DNA of 64,000 nt, from positions 174,716,001 to 174,780,000 of the forward strand of contig OZ024742.1 of assembly GCA_964016885.1 (NCBI GenBank), in the 5' to 3' direction. Source of the stretch: Eledone cirrhosa. Taxonomy: Eukaryota. Below the pieces are notes generated by a model, which saw nothing but the letters and a program-made list of their open reading frames with translations, had not been told where the DNA came from and ran no database searches. A program made the position numbers and the translations under genes. Every line of letters begins with the position of its first letter. Position 1 is the stretch's first letter. Shown in pieces: positions 38,994 through 50,910 of the stretch.

Positions 38994-41821
38994 GCCTCAG
39001 CACTTGACGGGGGCCATTGTCAACAACAGATGGTGGTACTCTCTCAAGAGGGCAGTTAGATTGGACTAGATAGGTGTTAGTAAAGAATTAGTGTTAGATA
39101 GAAATAAGACCGAAAAGGAACTGGTAGATAAAGTAGAAGAGGCACTTAGGAGTGGCAACGTAGCCAGCATGTTAGCAACGAGAACGGCCTTGGACCAGTT
39201 TTCGACGCAAAGCACGAAGGCTGTGTTGTCAGAAGCAAAATACATGTTCTGGGAAATGAGGGAGCCAAAGCTGTTAGCTGGGCCCGAGTGATGGAGGCGA
39301 AAAGTGGCAACAAGTCTACGATTCGGTCTTTGAAGGACCAAGACGGATGCGTGATATGTGAGCCGAAGCAGATGTGCGCGGCCTTTCAGCGGCACTTTGC
39401 TCAACTGTTCGGGCAGGGCGGCGTGCCGGGAGGGGCTATGGATTTTGGTCCATACAGTGACGGCCTACCGCAACTCTTGGAGAGTGAGGCGAAGTTCTGC
39501 GAAAGGCCAATTTCGGCTGCTGAGATAGGGGACGCGCTGAGCCAATGCGGCAAACGCAAATCTCCAGGTCTTGACGGTCTACCCCACGAATTTTACGTAG
39601 CAATGCCGGACTTGTTCTCCAGTCTCCTGGAAGCGGTCTACTGCAACTGGCAGCAGAACGGGAGAATTCCCAGTTCTGTGACCAAGGGCATTGTCACGTT
39701 AGTCAGGAAGGACGAGAATAAAGGGGATGACATAGGCAACTTCCGGCCCATAACTCTGCTAAACACAGAGTTACAGATTTTGGCTAAGGTGTTGGCAAAG
39801 AGAGTGGCGCTTGTCGTCAAAAACCTGGTGGGAGAAGCGCAGACATGTGCGATCCCAACCAGGTCGATACACAACAACCTCCACCTCATGCGATACATCA
39901 TAGAGAGGGTAGGGTGTAAACCCGGCTTCGGTGGGGCCCTGATCAACTTGGATCAGTCGAAGGCTTTCGATAGGGTTGACCATCGTTACCTGGATGTGGT
40001 GCTCTAGGCGGCAGGCTTCAGACCCGTGTTCAGGAGCTGGATTGCTGCAATACACAGCAGCAACATCTGCTCAAGCATCAAGGTGAACGGCTACCTCTCG
40101 GAGCCATTCCATATCACACGATCCATCCGACAGGGATGCCCTCTCTCCCCCCTTCTGTACGTACTGACTCTCGAGCCACTACTGCGGAGGTTGGAGCTAT
40201 TGCAGGGCATCTCTTTGGAACCAGGCCTGCTAAAAGCGACGTAACAGTAATGGTGTTGAGCACCTCACAAATCGGGGAGGTCGGCACCTTACTGAAGGAA
40301 TACGAAAGGTTCACAGGAGCGAAGCTGAACCGGGACAAATCCGTCGGTTTGCAACTCGGAACATGGAGAAGCAAACCGATGCCTTCCGATGGCATCGTTG
40401 GATGCTGGACGGAAGGACCGGTAAAGCTGCATGGGGTCTGGTTTGGTCCGGACCTCCAGGTGGAGAAGAACTGGAACGAGGTGACGGCCAAAGTGTTTGT
40501 GCTTACCTAGAAGTGGGCAGAGTGCAAACTATCCTTGAAAGATCGAGCAGTGGTGGCAAACACTTTTATAGCATCTGTCATCTACTACTGCTTGACCGTC
40601 GTGCCTTGTCCAGCCAAAACGCTCACCAAAATGCAGCGTGTGCTCTTCCAATTCCTTTGGAAGAAGCGGGCTCCTTTGGTGAAAAGATCCATCTGCTGCC
40701 AACACCCTTCAAACGGAGGGCTGGGGATGCCGTGGCTGACGATGCGCAAAAATGAGCTCAGGCTGCGGCACCTCCACGTATACCTCACCGGACAACCTGT
40801 GTGTCCCCGTTCATGAGGCGAGCATTCCCACGACTTGTCTCACAGACCGAGCTGCAGTCCTGGGTCAAGCAAAGACCGAGGAAAATGGGCGACTGGCACA
40901 TCGAATGTGCTCAGGCACTCACAGCCCTCTGGCAGGCAGACCCGGCGATCAGTGGAGACTCCACTTCGTCATTCTATAGAGGTTTGGTCTGCAGCAAGTG
41001 CAACAGTGCGCTTGGAGAAACTCTAGGCATAGAGGAAGACAAACTGGCCAGTCTGTTTGGTAGAACCTTCCGCCCGGGACCGAATGACAACTTCCAAAAG
41101 TCCTTGGACTGGAGCTCTACCAGTTCGAGACAAGCTCTACAGACATGGGCACCCGGGCAGGGACCCTTCGAAAAAGATCTGTCCGAGATGCGTGCGAGAT
41201 GAGGAAACCGTCGCGCACGCATTTGTACACTGCCCGGGCGTTACCGACCTGTGGGGCTATGTAGAACGACTATTGTCACGGGTGGGACCAATCCAGTTGA
41301 CCACCAAGTCCATTGTCATGATCAAACCGCCACCTACCTTCAAAAACGAAGGAGAGGTGGTTTTCCTATGTGTTATGGCTATGGTGAAAGGGGTTATATG
41401 GTGAACGAGGTTAAAAGGGCTGAGGTCAGACAACTTTCTCTCCGGCCAACAACTGATTTTTTTTTTCAAATATCATTTTGGAAGAAGAATCAGGATGGAG
41501 AGAGAGGTGCTATACCCCAGCACATTTTATAAAAGGTGGGTGAATGTGGCAAAGATGGCCTGAGTGGTTGGGCCTTCTCTCTCTATAAGCCTGTAGGTTG
41601 AGGAAAAAGAGGAAGAGAGGAAGGGAGTACTCACTCTTGGTGCTCCTGGAGATGAGGGTTGAACATTTTTTCGGGGTGTGTACTACCCCTGTGTAATGCC
41701 TCCCCCCCTATTGGGGATTTCAATTGTTATTTTATTAATAGTTTCATTTTCATATACCTGTATGTAAACTCCCCCTTTGCATTTGTCCCCTTCTTTTGTG
41801 CCCTTGTGGCTAATAAAAAAA
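38994..41821 (+). mobile_element. L1-superfamily (Tx1-like) LINE, 5'-truncated ORF2 pseudogene
   Basis: KSPGLDGLP.EFY, NFRPITLLN, LDQSKAFDRVDH, IRQGCPLSPLLY, GGLG.P, C-terminal CPRC..EETVAHAFVHC zinc knuckle; YADD region deleted; aataaaaaa end; GC-rich; (ATCT)n on both sides. Confidence 0.92.
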
Positions 41822-41953
41822 TTTATCTATCTAAAGCAAATAAACCATAAAGAAAGAAAGAAATATATCTATCTAGCAGCCTATCTATCTATGTATCTGC
41901 CTGGCTGTATCTTGATCTATCTATCTATCTATCTATCTATCTATATTTATCCA

Positions 41954-42275
41954 CCCCAGTAAATTTACTGAAAGGTGGGTGAATGAAGCGAAAATGGCCC
42001 GAGTGATTGGGCCTTCTCTGTTTATAAGCCTGTAAGTTAAAGAAGAGAGCAAAAGTAAGAAGGGAGCACTTGCACAACACGCCCATGAAGTTGAGGGTTG
42101 TTCTATCGACAGGGTATTAAACAACCCATTTGTGGCATCTCCCCCCTATTGGGGATTTCGATTGTTATAATTGTTTGTTTTATATTTTTTTTTACACGAC
42201 TGTATGTAAATTCCCCGGCATGTGTCTTTGTATTGTCCCCTTTTCTTGTGCGCCCTTGTGGCAAATAAAGAAATA
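41954..42275 (+). mobile_element. Second Tx1-like 3' fragment
   Basis: Homologous to 41515-41821; exact 16-bp TSD tatctatatttatcca (41938-41953, 42276-42291). Confidence 0.88.
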
Positions 42276-42542
42276 TATCTATATTTATCCAACACACACA
42301 TGTCAGCATGGAAACTGCATGTAAAATGGTGATGGCACACACAGAGAAAAACATATACACACATAATTGTATAAAAAAATATATATTTATATAAATAAAC
42401 GAAATAAAATGAAATTATCAAATGGCAATATAATTCTAAATGTTAATGAATATTAAAGGACATCTATTTGAATAACCTAGAGTTTTTTTTAAAACCGTTT
42501 GATACATATACACACATATCTCTCTTTCACTATGTATATATA

Positions 42543-42577
<35 letters not shown>

Positions 42578-42760
42578 GTGAGTGTATATATTAACGTGTG
42601 GGTTTTTAAATGTGCAATCATATTCATATGAAGTTATGTAAGCAGCAATAATGTGATGGTGTCATGCCAAAAACGTTATGCTATATGGAAAAATAAATTT
42701 AGTGTAAATATTTCTGTGGAGGCTGTATATTCTTTGATATCTTAGATATTCTAATGATAA

Positions 42761-42946
42761 TTGTTTCTACCTTTGGCACAAGGCCAGCAATTACCCAGTA
42801 CATTACTGGCACTTTATTTTATCGACCCCGCAAGGATGAAAGGCAAAGTCAACCTCGGCGGGATTTGAACTCAGATTGTAAATGGACGTAACTATGCTGG
42901 AAAGCATGGCGTCCGACCCTCTACCGATACTGCCAATCCACTGCCT
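42761..42946 (-). mobile_element. SINE family A
   Basis: Full-length reverse copy; TSD tagatattctaatgataat. Confidence 0.92.
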
Positions 42947-43089
42947 TAGATATTCTAATGATAATGTTATTTAAATAAGAACATTGTTTATTAGAATTGT
43001 GTCTTATGATTCTATACTATGCATTTTGCTAGCTGAGAGGTGGATAGATAAGATACTTTAGGTAGTAAGATTAAATGATAGAATTATCA

Positions 43090-44530
43090 AGCTCAGAATG
43101 GTCATAAATAATGGAATGACAATTGTTATCTCTATGTATGTGCAACAATCAGGACTAAAGGTAGAAATATAATGACTTTTTCTATGAGAAACTCTTAAGA
43201 CAAACTTCAACAACAGAAATTAGTGGCTTGATTATTTTGGTTGGTGACATCAATGGATGGCTACTTTAAAGTACATGGTGCTATTGATATGGCTTCAGAA
43301 ATGAAGAGGGATCAAGGTCCTAGAATTTAGTGATGCATGTGACCTAACTATTTGCAACGCTAAGGTCAGGAATTAAACCAGTCACTGGATCACCTATCAA
43401 TTAGTCAAACACAAGTGGCATCACACTCATGACAAATGGAGACAGACACAGGGTTATGAATGCTAAGATCGTTCCTGGAGAAGAATGTACCCATCTCCCA
43501 CCATTAGTTAGTTATCAGTGGCATCAGAATTAGAACTAAATGAAATCAGAATCAGGATAAGCTAGGGAAAGAGTGTATGGAAGGTAAAATAACTTTCTAT
43601 TAAATACATGTTTAGAAAAGCTCTTCATGTTGCCTATCATAAGAGGGGAGAGAAGACAGACACATATAACAGGTGGTTGTTTCAATGGAATAGCTAGCCA
43701 ACTTGAAATCACTGAGAGCTGTAACTGTAGCAAGTTATCAACTAGATAAATAGTTATATGATTGTGGAACAGCTCTGTAGACTGAGCCATTTAAGCTCAG
43801 AGATAGGCATGGAAAGAACAATAAAAGAGAAGCTATAAGATAGGTTTACAGAGTGCATGAAGAAGCTGAAAGCAAGAGTGTTGCTAACGTTATGTAACAT
43901 AAGAACCAAAGTGTTTTTCATAGCAAAGCAGTGTGTCAGTGTGAACCAAATGTTGTTGGAAAAAAATCTGTTTAGTATTCTAAACAGATTTTTTTCCAAC
44001 AACATTTGGTTCACATCACTTCCCTAATGCTCAGAAGAAAAAGGTTTGGAAATATTGTTATGAGAGGTTGATGAATTTGGAGAATGAGTGGAAGGTACGA
44101 CTATTTCATCTCCATTTTGACTTAGTAAGGGGACCAATTATTAAAGGTGAGAGTTACAAGTTCAAAGATTGTTAACAGAGTAACAGAAAACGTAGACTTT
44201 GTATGTAGGAGATGCACAGGGTTAGATTGTAGTAAGAGCCCCAGCGTAATAAACTTTCTCCAGCACCAGAAAAATTCCATAGAAATAGTAGTTGATTGCT
44301 TTTGTTACCTAGGTAACCTAATTAGCAGAGATAGAGGTTAATCTAAAAATATGATAGAAAAAGTGCAAAGAACTATTGTCTCTTTTGACAACAAAAACGT
44401 TTGTCTATGAACAAAAGGCTAGCTTTATGATGCCATCACGTGAAATATGACGTTGCATGGAAGTCAAACATGGGTTCTAAAGGTAAAGTATATGCATAGG
44501 CTGGAGAGGAAGGAAGTGAGCATGCTTTAG
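43090..44530 (+). mobile_element. Highly decayed RTE LINE (EN and RT remnants)
   Basis: Colinear similarity to 47440-47930, 48320-48510 and 51560-51940 (FVCRRC...IEIVVDCFCYLG). Confidence 0.72.
43940..44015. repeat. Perfect 36-bp inverted repeat with 4-nt loop
   Basis: tgtgaaccaaatgttgttggaaaaaaatctgtttag-tatt-ctaaacagatttttttccaacaacatttggttcaca. Confidence 0.97.
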
Positions 44531-44604
44531 CAAAAGAATTGATCTTATAATATTTGTTGTTGTAGTACTAGATAGGCTACAAGCTTTTATTATTATCATT
44601 ATCA

Positions 44605-44882
44605 TCCTTACCGGGTCGATAAAATAAAGTACCAGTAATGCACTGGTTAATTGCTGGCCTTGTGCCTAAGTAGAAACAATTATTATCATTATCATAGGTG
44701 AATTGGCAGTATCGGTAGAGGGCCGGATGCCTTGCTTTTAACGCATACAGTTACGGCCCTTACCATTCTGAGTTCAAATCCCGCCGAGGTTAACTTTGCC
44801 TTTCATCCTTACGGGGTCAATAAAATAAAGTACCAGTAATGTACTAGGTAATTGCTGGCCTTGTGCCAATAGTAGAAACAAT
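44605..44882 (+). mobile_element. SINE family A: truncated copy plus full copy in tandem
   Basis: Both end agtagaaacaatt; attattatcattatcat is repeated at the junctions. Confidence 0.88.
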
Positions 44883-46099
44883 TATTATCATTATCATACA
44901 TCTGCTTTCCAAGCATATGTCAGTGGAATGCTCAGCCACTTACACATTAATTTCATGGGTAGGCTGTCTCATTGATCGAATAACTAGAACAATCATCGCC
45001 AAAACTGATGTAGGTCCATTCCATATCATGAAACATTGGTCTTGTCTCGTCTTATAAAAATAATACTGATTGTTAAAATATAGGAATGTAAATATATATT
45101 TTATAAATGTATTGAATTACAAAAGTAATCATATAAGGACTTACTCATGTATTCATGAAGAGAATGAATGAAAAGGAAATTAAGAATGAAACATAACCCT
45201 TCTAACCATGGAAATTCCTGGCAAAACCTGAGAAAGACAATAAAGAAATTTAATTAGTTGGATTTTTTTTTTTCAATAATAGAGGTGATCCAAAATAAAA
45301 TAATAAAAAAGTGGGGAAAAAAGTTGGTGGTGGGGGGGGGATAATGAAAGCAAAAGAAATAAATGGTTGTTTTTCACAAAAGAAGGGGAAAAATAGTATT
45401 ACTAAAGGTTTTGTGTGTGCATGTGTGTATCTGTGTCTGACTATCAGGTGTGTCAATGATAAATGGTAAAAGGAAAGAAGGACCTTTATTAATCAGTTCA
45501 AAGTTGTAGTTAATATGTCGCAGACAATCTCTTTTTCTATAATTGAAACTCAACAGATTTCAGCAGCAAGATTACACATCTTTTGTTCATATCATTTAAA
45601 GCTTCTCTAAGAAATTGATGTATATTATGTTATGTGTTGATGGGGTATATTTAGTTGTTTATGTATTGGTGTTACTCTCTTCATATATTTATTCTATGGT
45701 TTCACTGATATTAATTCAGCAAATGATCTGCCGATGGCTAGTGAGTTGTACGAACAATGGGAGGTCTTTATTTAGTTTTTGTTATAAGTTTTTTGTTTTT
45801 TTTTTATGCTGATTTTATTGTTGTAAATATGATTTTAAAAATATAACCATCTAGACAAAATGAATGAAATTCTTTTATTCTTTCACTAGTTTCAGTCATT
45901 ACACTGTGGTCATGCTAGGGCATTGCTTGAAGGGGCCTAGTCAATCATACCAACACCAGTATTCATTGTTTTCATGTCTGCTACTTATTTTATTGATCTC
46001 CTATTTCTGATGTGCTAAGTTATAAGACAACATAAACATGCACCCACACACACACATTTATATATATATATATATATAAAAGTATATATATATATATAT

Positions 46100-46215
46100 A
46101 TAAAAATATGAAATCGAAAATGCAACTGGAATCTTATTTTTAAAAAAATATATATATTTATTTGGTTCCTTTACCAGTTTCGCAGTTCTTCTGCTTTTCA
46201 AAAGTAGAGTTGAGA
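46100..46215 (-). mobile_element. Single-arm copy of fold-back element 2 with hammerhead motif
   Basis: Closely matches 53255-53364; the minus strand reads cuu-UUGAAAA-gcag(aagaa)cugc-GAAA-cugg-UA-aag. Confidence 0.85.
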
Positions 46216-46258
46216 TAGAGGGTCTGTGGTTTTTCTCACACACACATATATATATATA

Positions 46259-46492
46259 TATATATAAGTGAGATAGATAGATAGATGTATGGTGGCTGTG
46301 TGGATAGGCAAAGGCATGGCCATGTGGTTAAGAAGTTTCCTGATTCTGTAATGTTGGACAAGTGTTTTCTACTATAGACTTGATTTGAACAATGCTTTGC
46401 AGATGGAAACGTTATATACACATTCATGTAAATGCATGCATAAACATGTAGATGTCTATATATGAATATACATGTAAATAAATATATATATA
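46259..46492. repeat. Left arm of a long inverted repeat (partner 50526-50788)
   Basis: Reverse complement aligns throughout, with scattered mismatches and a ~20-bp indel. Confidence 0.9.
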
Positions 46493-49400
46493 TTCCAGGT
46501 ATCCCTCTATTTCCCAATTGCAAATGTTCCGCTCACACTATTATTGCTGTATTTATCATTTCACTAGCTTCCACAACATGTTTATTTTTTTACCCTCGTT
46601 TTCTTTTCCCTTGTCTCTCTAAGAAGTCATTTACTCTCTTCCTCTCTCTTACACTATTATTAGTGTTGTTGTATTTATCATTTCGCTGTCTCTACGAAGT
46701 CATCTACTCCCTTCAAAATCATAACATTAACATTTCTCCTTGTCTAATATAGGTATTCCTATCGGTTTATTTTGCCATGAGATGCTATAGGCCATGATGG
46801 CTACCTATCTCACAATTTCCCTCCCGCCCGCTCCAACACCACCATAGCCTATTCAACCAATCAAACCTCAGCATGCCCCCCCCCCATTACCAACCCCAAC
46901 AAACTCTGCCATTACTACTACTACCTACCTCTCTCCTCCCCTGTCCCAGCCCCAACACACCCTGCCATTATTACCACCACCACTGTCCTTCTAGCCCTGA
47001 ATTCTTCTACCGTTATGTATGGATGAGCTGAGAATAAATGGAGCAACCCTGAATTAGTAAATGAAAATGAATATGAATCCGCAAGCTACCAAGCACCCAT
47101 GTGAAGCTTCAATTCAGAGACAGGAAGCATACACACACCCCTGCAAAAATCAACCCTTTCCACACGAAAGTTGACAAATGCCCAAAACTCCGAGTTGGTA
47201 CCATTAATGTAAGCACAATGAAAGAAAGGGCAGGAGAAGTCGTAGAGATGCTAGAGTGAAAGGAAATTGACGTATGCTGTGTGCAAGAGACTAGATGGAG
47301 AGGAGTGTCTGCTAGATTCCTTGTAGGAAAAAGTCAGTGCTACAAAGTTTTCTGGGTGGGAAATGATGATGGGATGGGTGGTGTAGGTATCCTACTAGCT
47401 GACAAGTGGCTAGATAAGGTAATCTCAGTGAACAGGGTGAATGCAAGAATCATTAAACTCAGACTAGTCCTGAATAAAACAATTACCACAATAATATCAG
47501 CTTACGCACCCCAATTGGGGTTGCCAGACGAACTTAAGGATAGGTTTTATGAGTCCCTAATGCACACTACTGCTCTAACAAACGACAATGACTTCCTAAT
47601 CATTGCAGGAGATGTTAATGGACATGTGGGTAAACACCGAGACGGCTTCTATAGAGTCCATGGAGGCCATGGGATTGGCACAAGAAATGAAGAAGGATTC
47701 AGGCTTCTAGAATACTGCGATGCCAATGACATGTCGATATGTAACACAAACTTCAAAAACCCGACAACCACATGATCACCTATAGATCAGGGGAGCATTC
47801 TAGTCAGATAGATTTTATCCTCATCAGAGGACATGACAGATTTACGGTCGTAAACACAAAAGCCTTCCCTAGTGAGGAATGTACCTCCCAACATAGCTTA
47901 GTTGTCAGCGACCTCACGGTCAGAACTAGACAAACCTGGAAACAGTAGCCAACCTGGAGAAGAAAGATCTGAAAGCTGAAAGACCCCTCAGCCAGTAACA
48001 GATTTAAAGATATTTTACTCCATGCCTATGACAGTAAAGGAGAACAGATAGAGACATTCATTGTAGAAGAGCACTGGGAGTTCCTAAAAAAACCTACTAG
48101 AGGTGACGGATGAGATCTGTGGCTGGAGTAAGACCTCAAGCAGGAGGAGAGTTACTTGGTGGTGGAACAATAAGGTAGATGAGGCAGTTAAGGCCAAGAG
48201 ACAGGCATGGAAAGAATGGAAGAACAGGGGAAGCAGGGTACATTACATAGAGACCAGGAGGGAAGCTAGGCGACAAGAATACTTAGCTAGGAGGGAAGCA
48301 GAAGATAGAAAATTCAAGCAGGTTTTGCAACGTGAGGACCAGAAACAGGAGGTGTTCAAGATTGTGAGGCAGTGTGTCAGAGAGAATTGTGATGTCATTG
48401 GAGAGAAGTGTATCCGGAATGATAAAGGTGAGCTTGCCCTCACAAGTGCTGAGAAGAAAGATGCGTGGAAGAGCCATTATGAAGATTACTAAATGAGGAA
48501 AATGCATGGGAAGAAGAGATGCTACACCAAGTAGACCCTATAGACAGGGCTAGCAGTACAAGTCAGCAGCGGCGTAGTAAGTAAGGCCATCAAAGATATG
48601 AAGACCGGGAAGGCAACCGGTCCATCGGGTATAGCTGCCGAGATGCTGAAGGCATCTGGGTTAGTATGTCACACTATAACCACACATATTGTTAACCAGG
48701 TAATACTAGAAGGTGTCATACCAAAGGATTGGTGCAGTAGCATCATTGTCAACTGCTACAAAGGTAAAGATAATGCACTAGATAGAGGAAACTATAGAGG
48801 TATAAAGCTGATGGACCAGGTCATGAAAGTATCAAAAAGAGATATAGCACAGTTGATTAGGGACCAGGTGAAACTAGATGAGATGTAATTTGGTTTTTTG
48901 CCAGGAAGATATAAATATATATATAAATATAGAAAACTAGGAGTAGATGAATGGCTTGTGAAAGCTGTACAAGCCATGTATAGGGGAGCAGTCAGCAAAT
49001 TTAGGATTAGAAATAAGTATAGTGAGGATTTTAGCGTACAGGTCATGTCCACCAGGGCTCTATTCTTAGCCCTCTCCTGTTCATCATAGTCCTGCAGGCA
49101 ATAATGGAGGAGTTTAAAACCATATGCCCATGCAAAATCCTGAATCTATGGTAGAACTAGAGAAGAAATTCCAAACTTGGATGCAAGGACTAGAAAGAAA
49201 GGGTCTCAAAGTCAACCTGACAAAGAGTAAGGTCCTTGTAAGTAGACGAGAAAACAGAACCCAGATCCCCTCAGGAAAATGGCCTTGCTCAGTATGTAGG
49301 AAAGGTGTAGTTAGGAACTCCATTCACTGCTCCAAATGCAAACAATGGTTACACAAGAGATGTAGCGGGATCTCAGGAAGCTTAACTAAGAATGTAGGCT

Positions 49401-50340
49401 TCACATGTAGCAGCTGTGCTGGGACAGCAAGCAGCAAACAGCCACAGGAAACAAGTACCACCAAACTCTGGGAGGGCTCCGTAGAATCAGTCAACAGCTT
49501 CTGCTACCTAGGTGACTGAATTAGCAGCGGAGGTGGTGTTCGGAAAGTACAATAACTAGGGTAAGAACGGGATGGAAGAAGTTCAGGGAGCTACTCCCAC
49601 TGCTAGCTGCAAAAGGCTTTTCCCTCAAAATAAAGGCAGACTGTATGATGCATGTATACAAATGGCAATGTTACATGGTAGTGAGACCTGGGCGCTGACT
49701 GTGGAAGACTTACGTAGATTAGAAAGAAATGAAGCCTGCATGCTCCGATGGATGAGTAGTAGTAATACACGCGAACGGCAAAGCAAAAATGAATTGAGAG
49801 AGAGACTGGGCATAAGAGGAATCAAATGCTGTGTGCAGGAGAGGCGGTTGCGTTGGTATGGACATGTGGTGCATATGAAGGATGACCGCGGAATGGGGAG
49901 ACCCAAGAAGACCTGTGATGAGATGATAAAAGCCGACCTTACCCAATTACACCTCTCAAATGTGATGACACATGACCCTGACCTCTGGCGTCACGCAGTA
50001 ATACAGAAGACCCGCCCCCCATGGGTACAAGCTGAAGCTGAAGCATATAGACGATATGCCCTCACACCCTCCCACTGCAAAGTAGTCATGGAGGTGCTGC
50101 GGCAAAAAAGCACCCAGCCCACACTGTAAAGGGAACATGTAGGCGCCACCGAAAAAAAGCACCCAGCACTCACTATAAATGAGGTTGGTGTTAGGAAGGG
50201 CATCCAGCTGTAGAAATCATGCCAGAATCAGTTCCCGTATGAGCAAGACAAGGTCAGCCGACCGGACACTGCCCACAACAGGACAACCCGTCTAACCCAT
50301 GCTAGCGTGGAAGAACGGACGTAAAACGGTGATGATGATG
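46493..50340 (+). mobile_element. Near full-length RTE LINE (APE endonuclease plus RT), decayed
   Basis: VGTINV...VQETRW, SAYAPQ, AGDVNGHVG, GPSGI, NYRGIKL, SFCYLG, RLRWYGHV; stops, frameshifts and internal deletions; (gat)n tail; 5' boundary uncertain. Confidence 0.93.
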
Positions 50341-50525
50341 ATATATATATACATGTATATACATATATATATACATATATATACATATATATACACACAT
50401 CTACATACATATATGTATATACATATATATATACGTACATATATGTATATACATGTATATATATATGAATATACATATGTATATATGTATATATATGTAT
50501 ATATATGAATATACATGTATATATA

Positions 50526-50788
50526 ATATATTTATTTACATGTATATACATATATATACATCTACATATTTATGCATGCATTTACATGTATGTGTATATA
50601 ACTTTTCCATCTACATGGCATTGTTCAACTCAAGTCTATAGTAGAAAACTCTTGTCCAACATTACAGAATCAGAAATATAGTTTTTGTGAAACAAACTCC
50701 TTAACCACATGGCCATGCCTTTGCTTATCCCCACAGCCGTGATACATATATCTATCTATCTATCTATCTATCTATCTCACTTATATAT
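50526..50788. repeat. Right arm of a long inverted repeat (partner 46259-46492)
   Basis: See left arm. Confidence 0.9.
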
Positions 50789-50873
50789 ACTACTTTTCCC
50801 ATCTTGACGTTATAGTCGCATATATGTTATAGAATGCCGTTAGCTTCTTGCTAAAACAATCTCTATACCTCTC

Positions 50874-50907
<34 letters not shown>

Positions 50908-50910
<3 letters not shown>

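Noticed and set aside
46493-47150. HDV-like ribozyme expected in some RTE 5' UTRs
   Set aside because: Could not identify the nested pseudoknot by eye; needs a descriptor search
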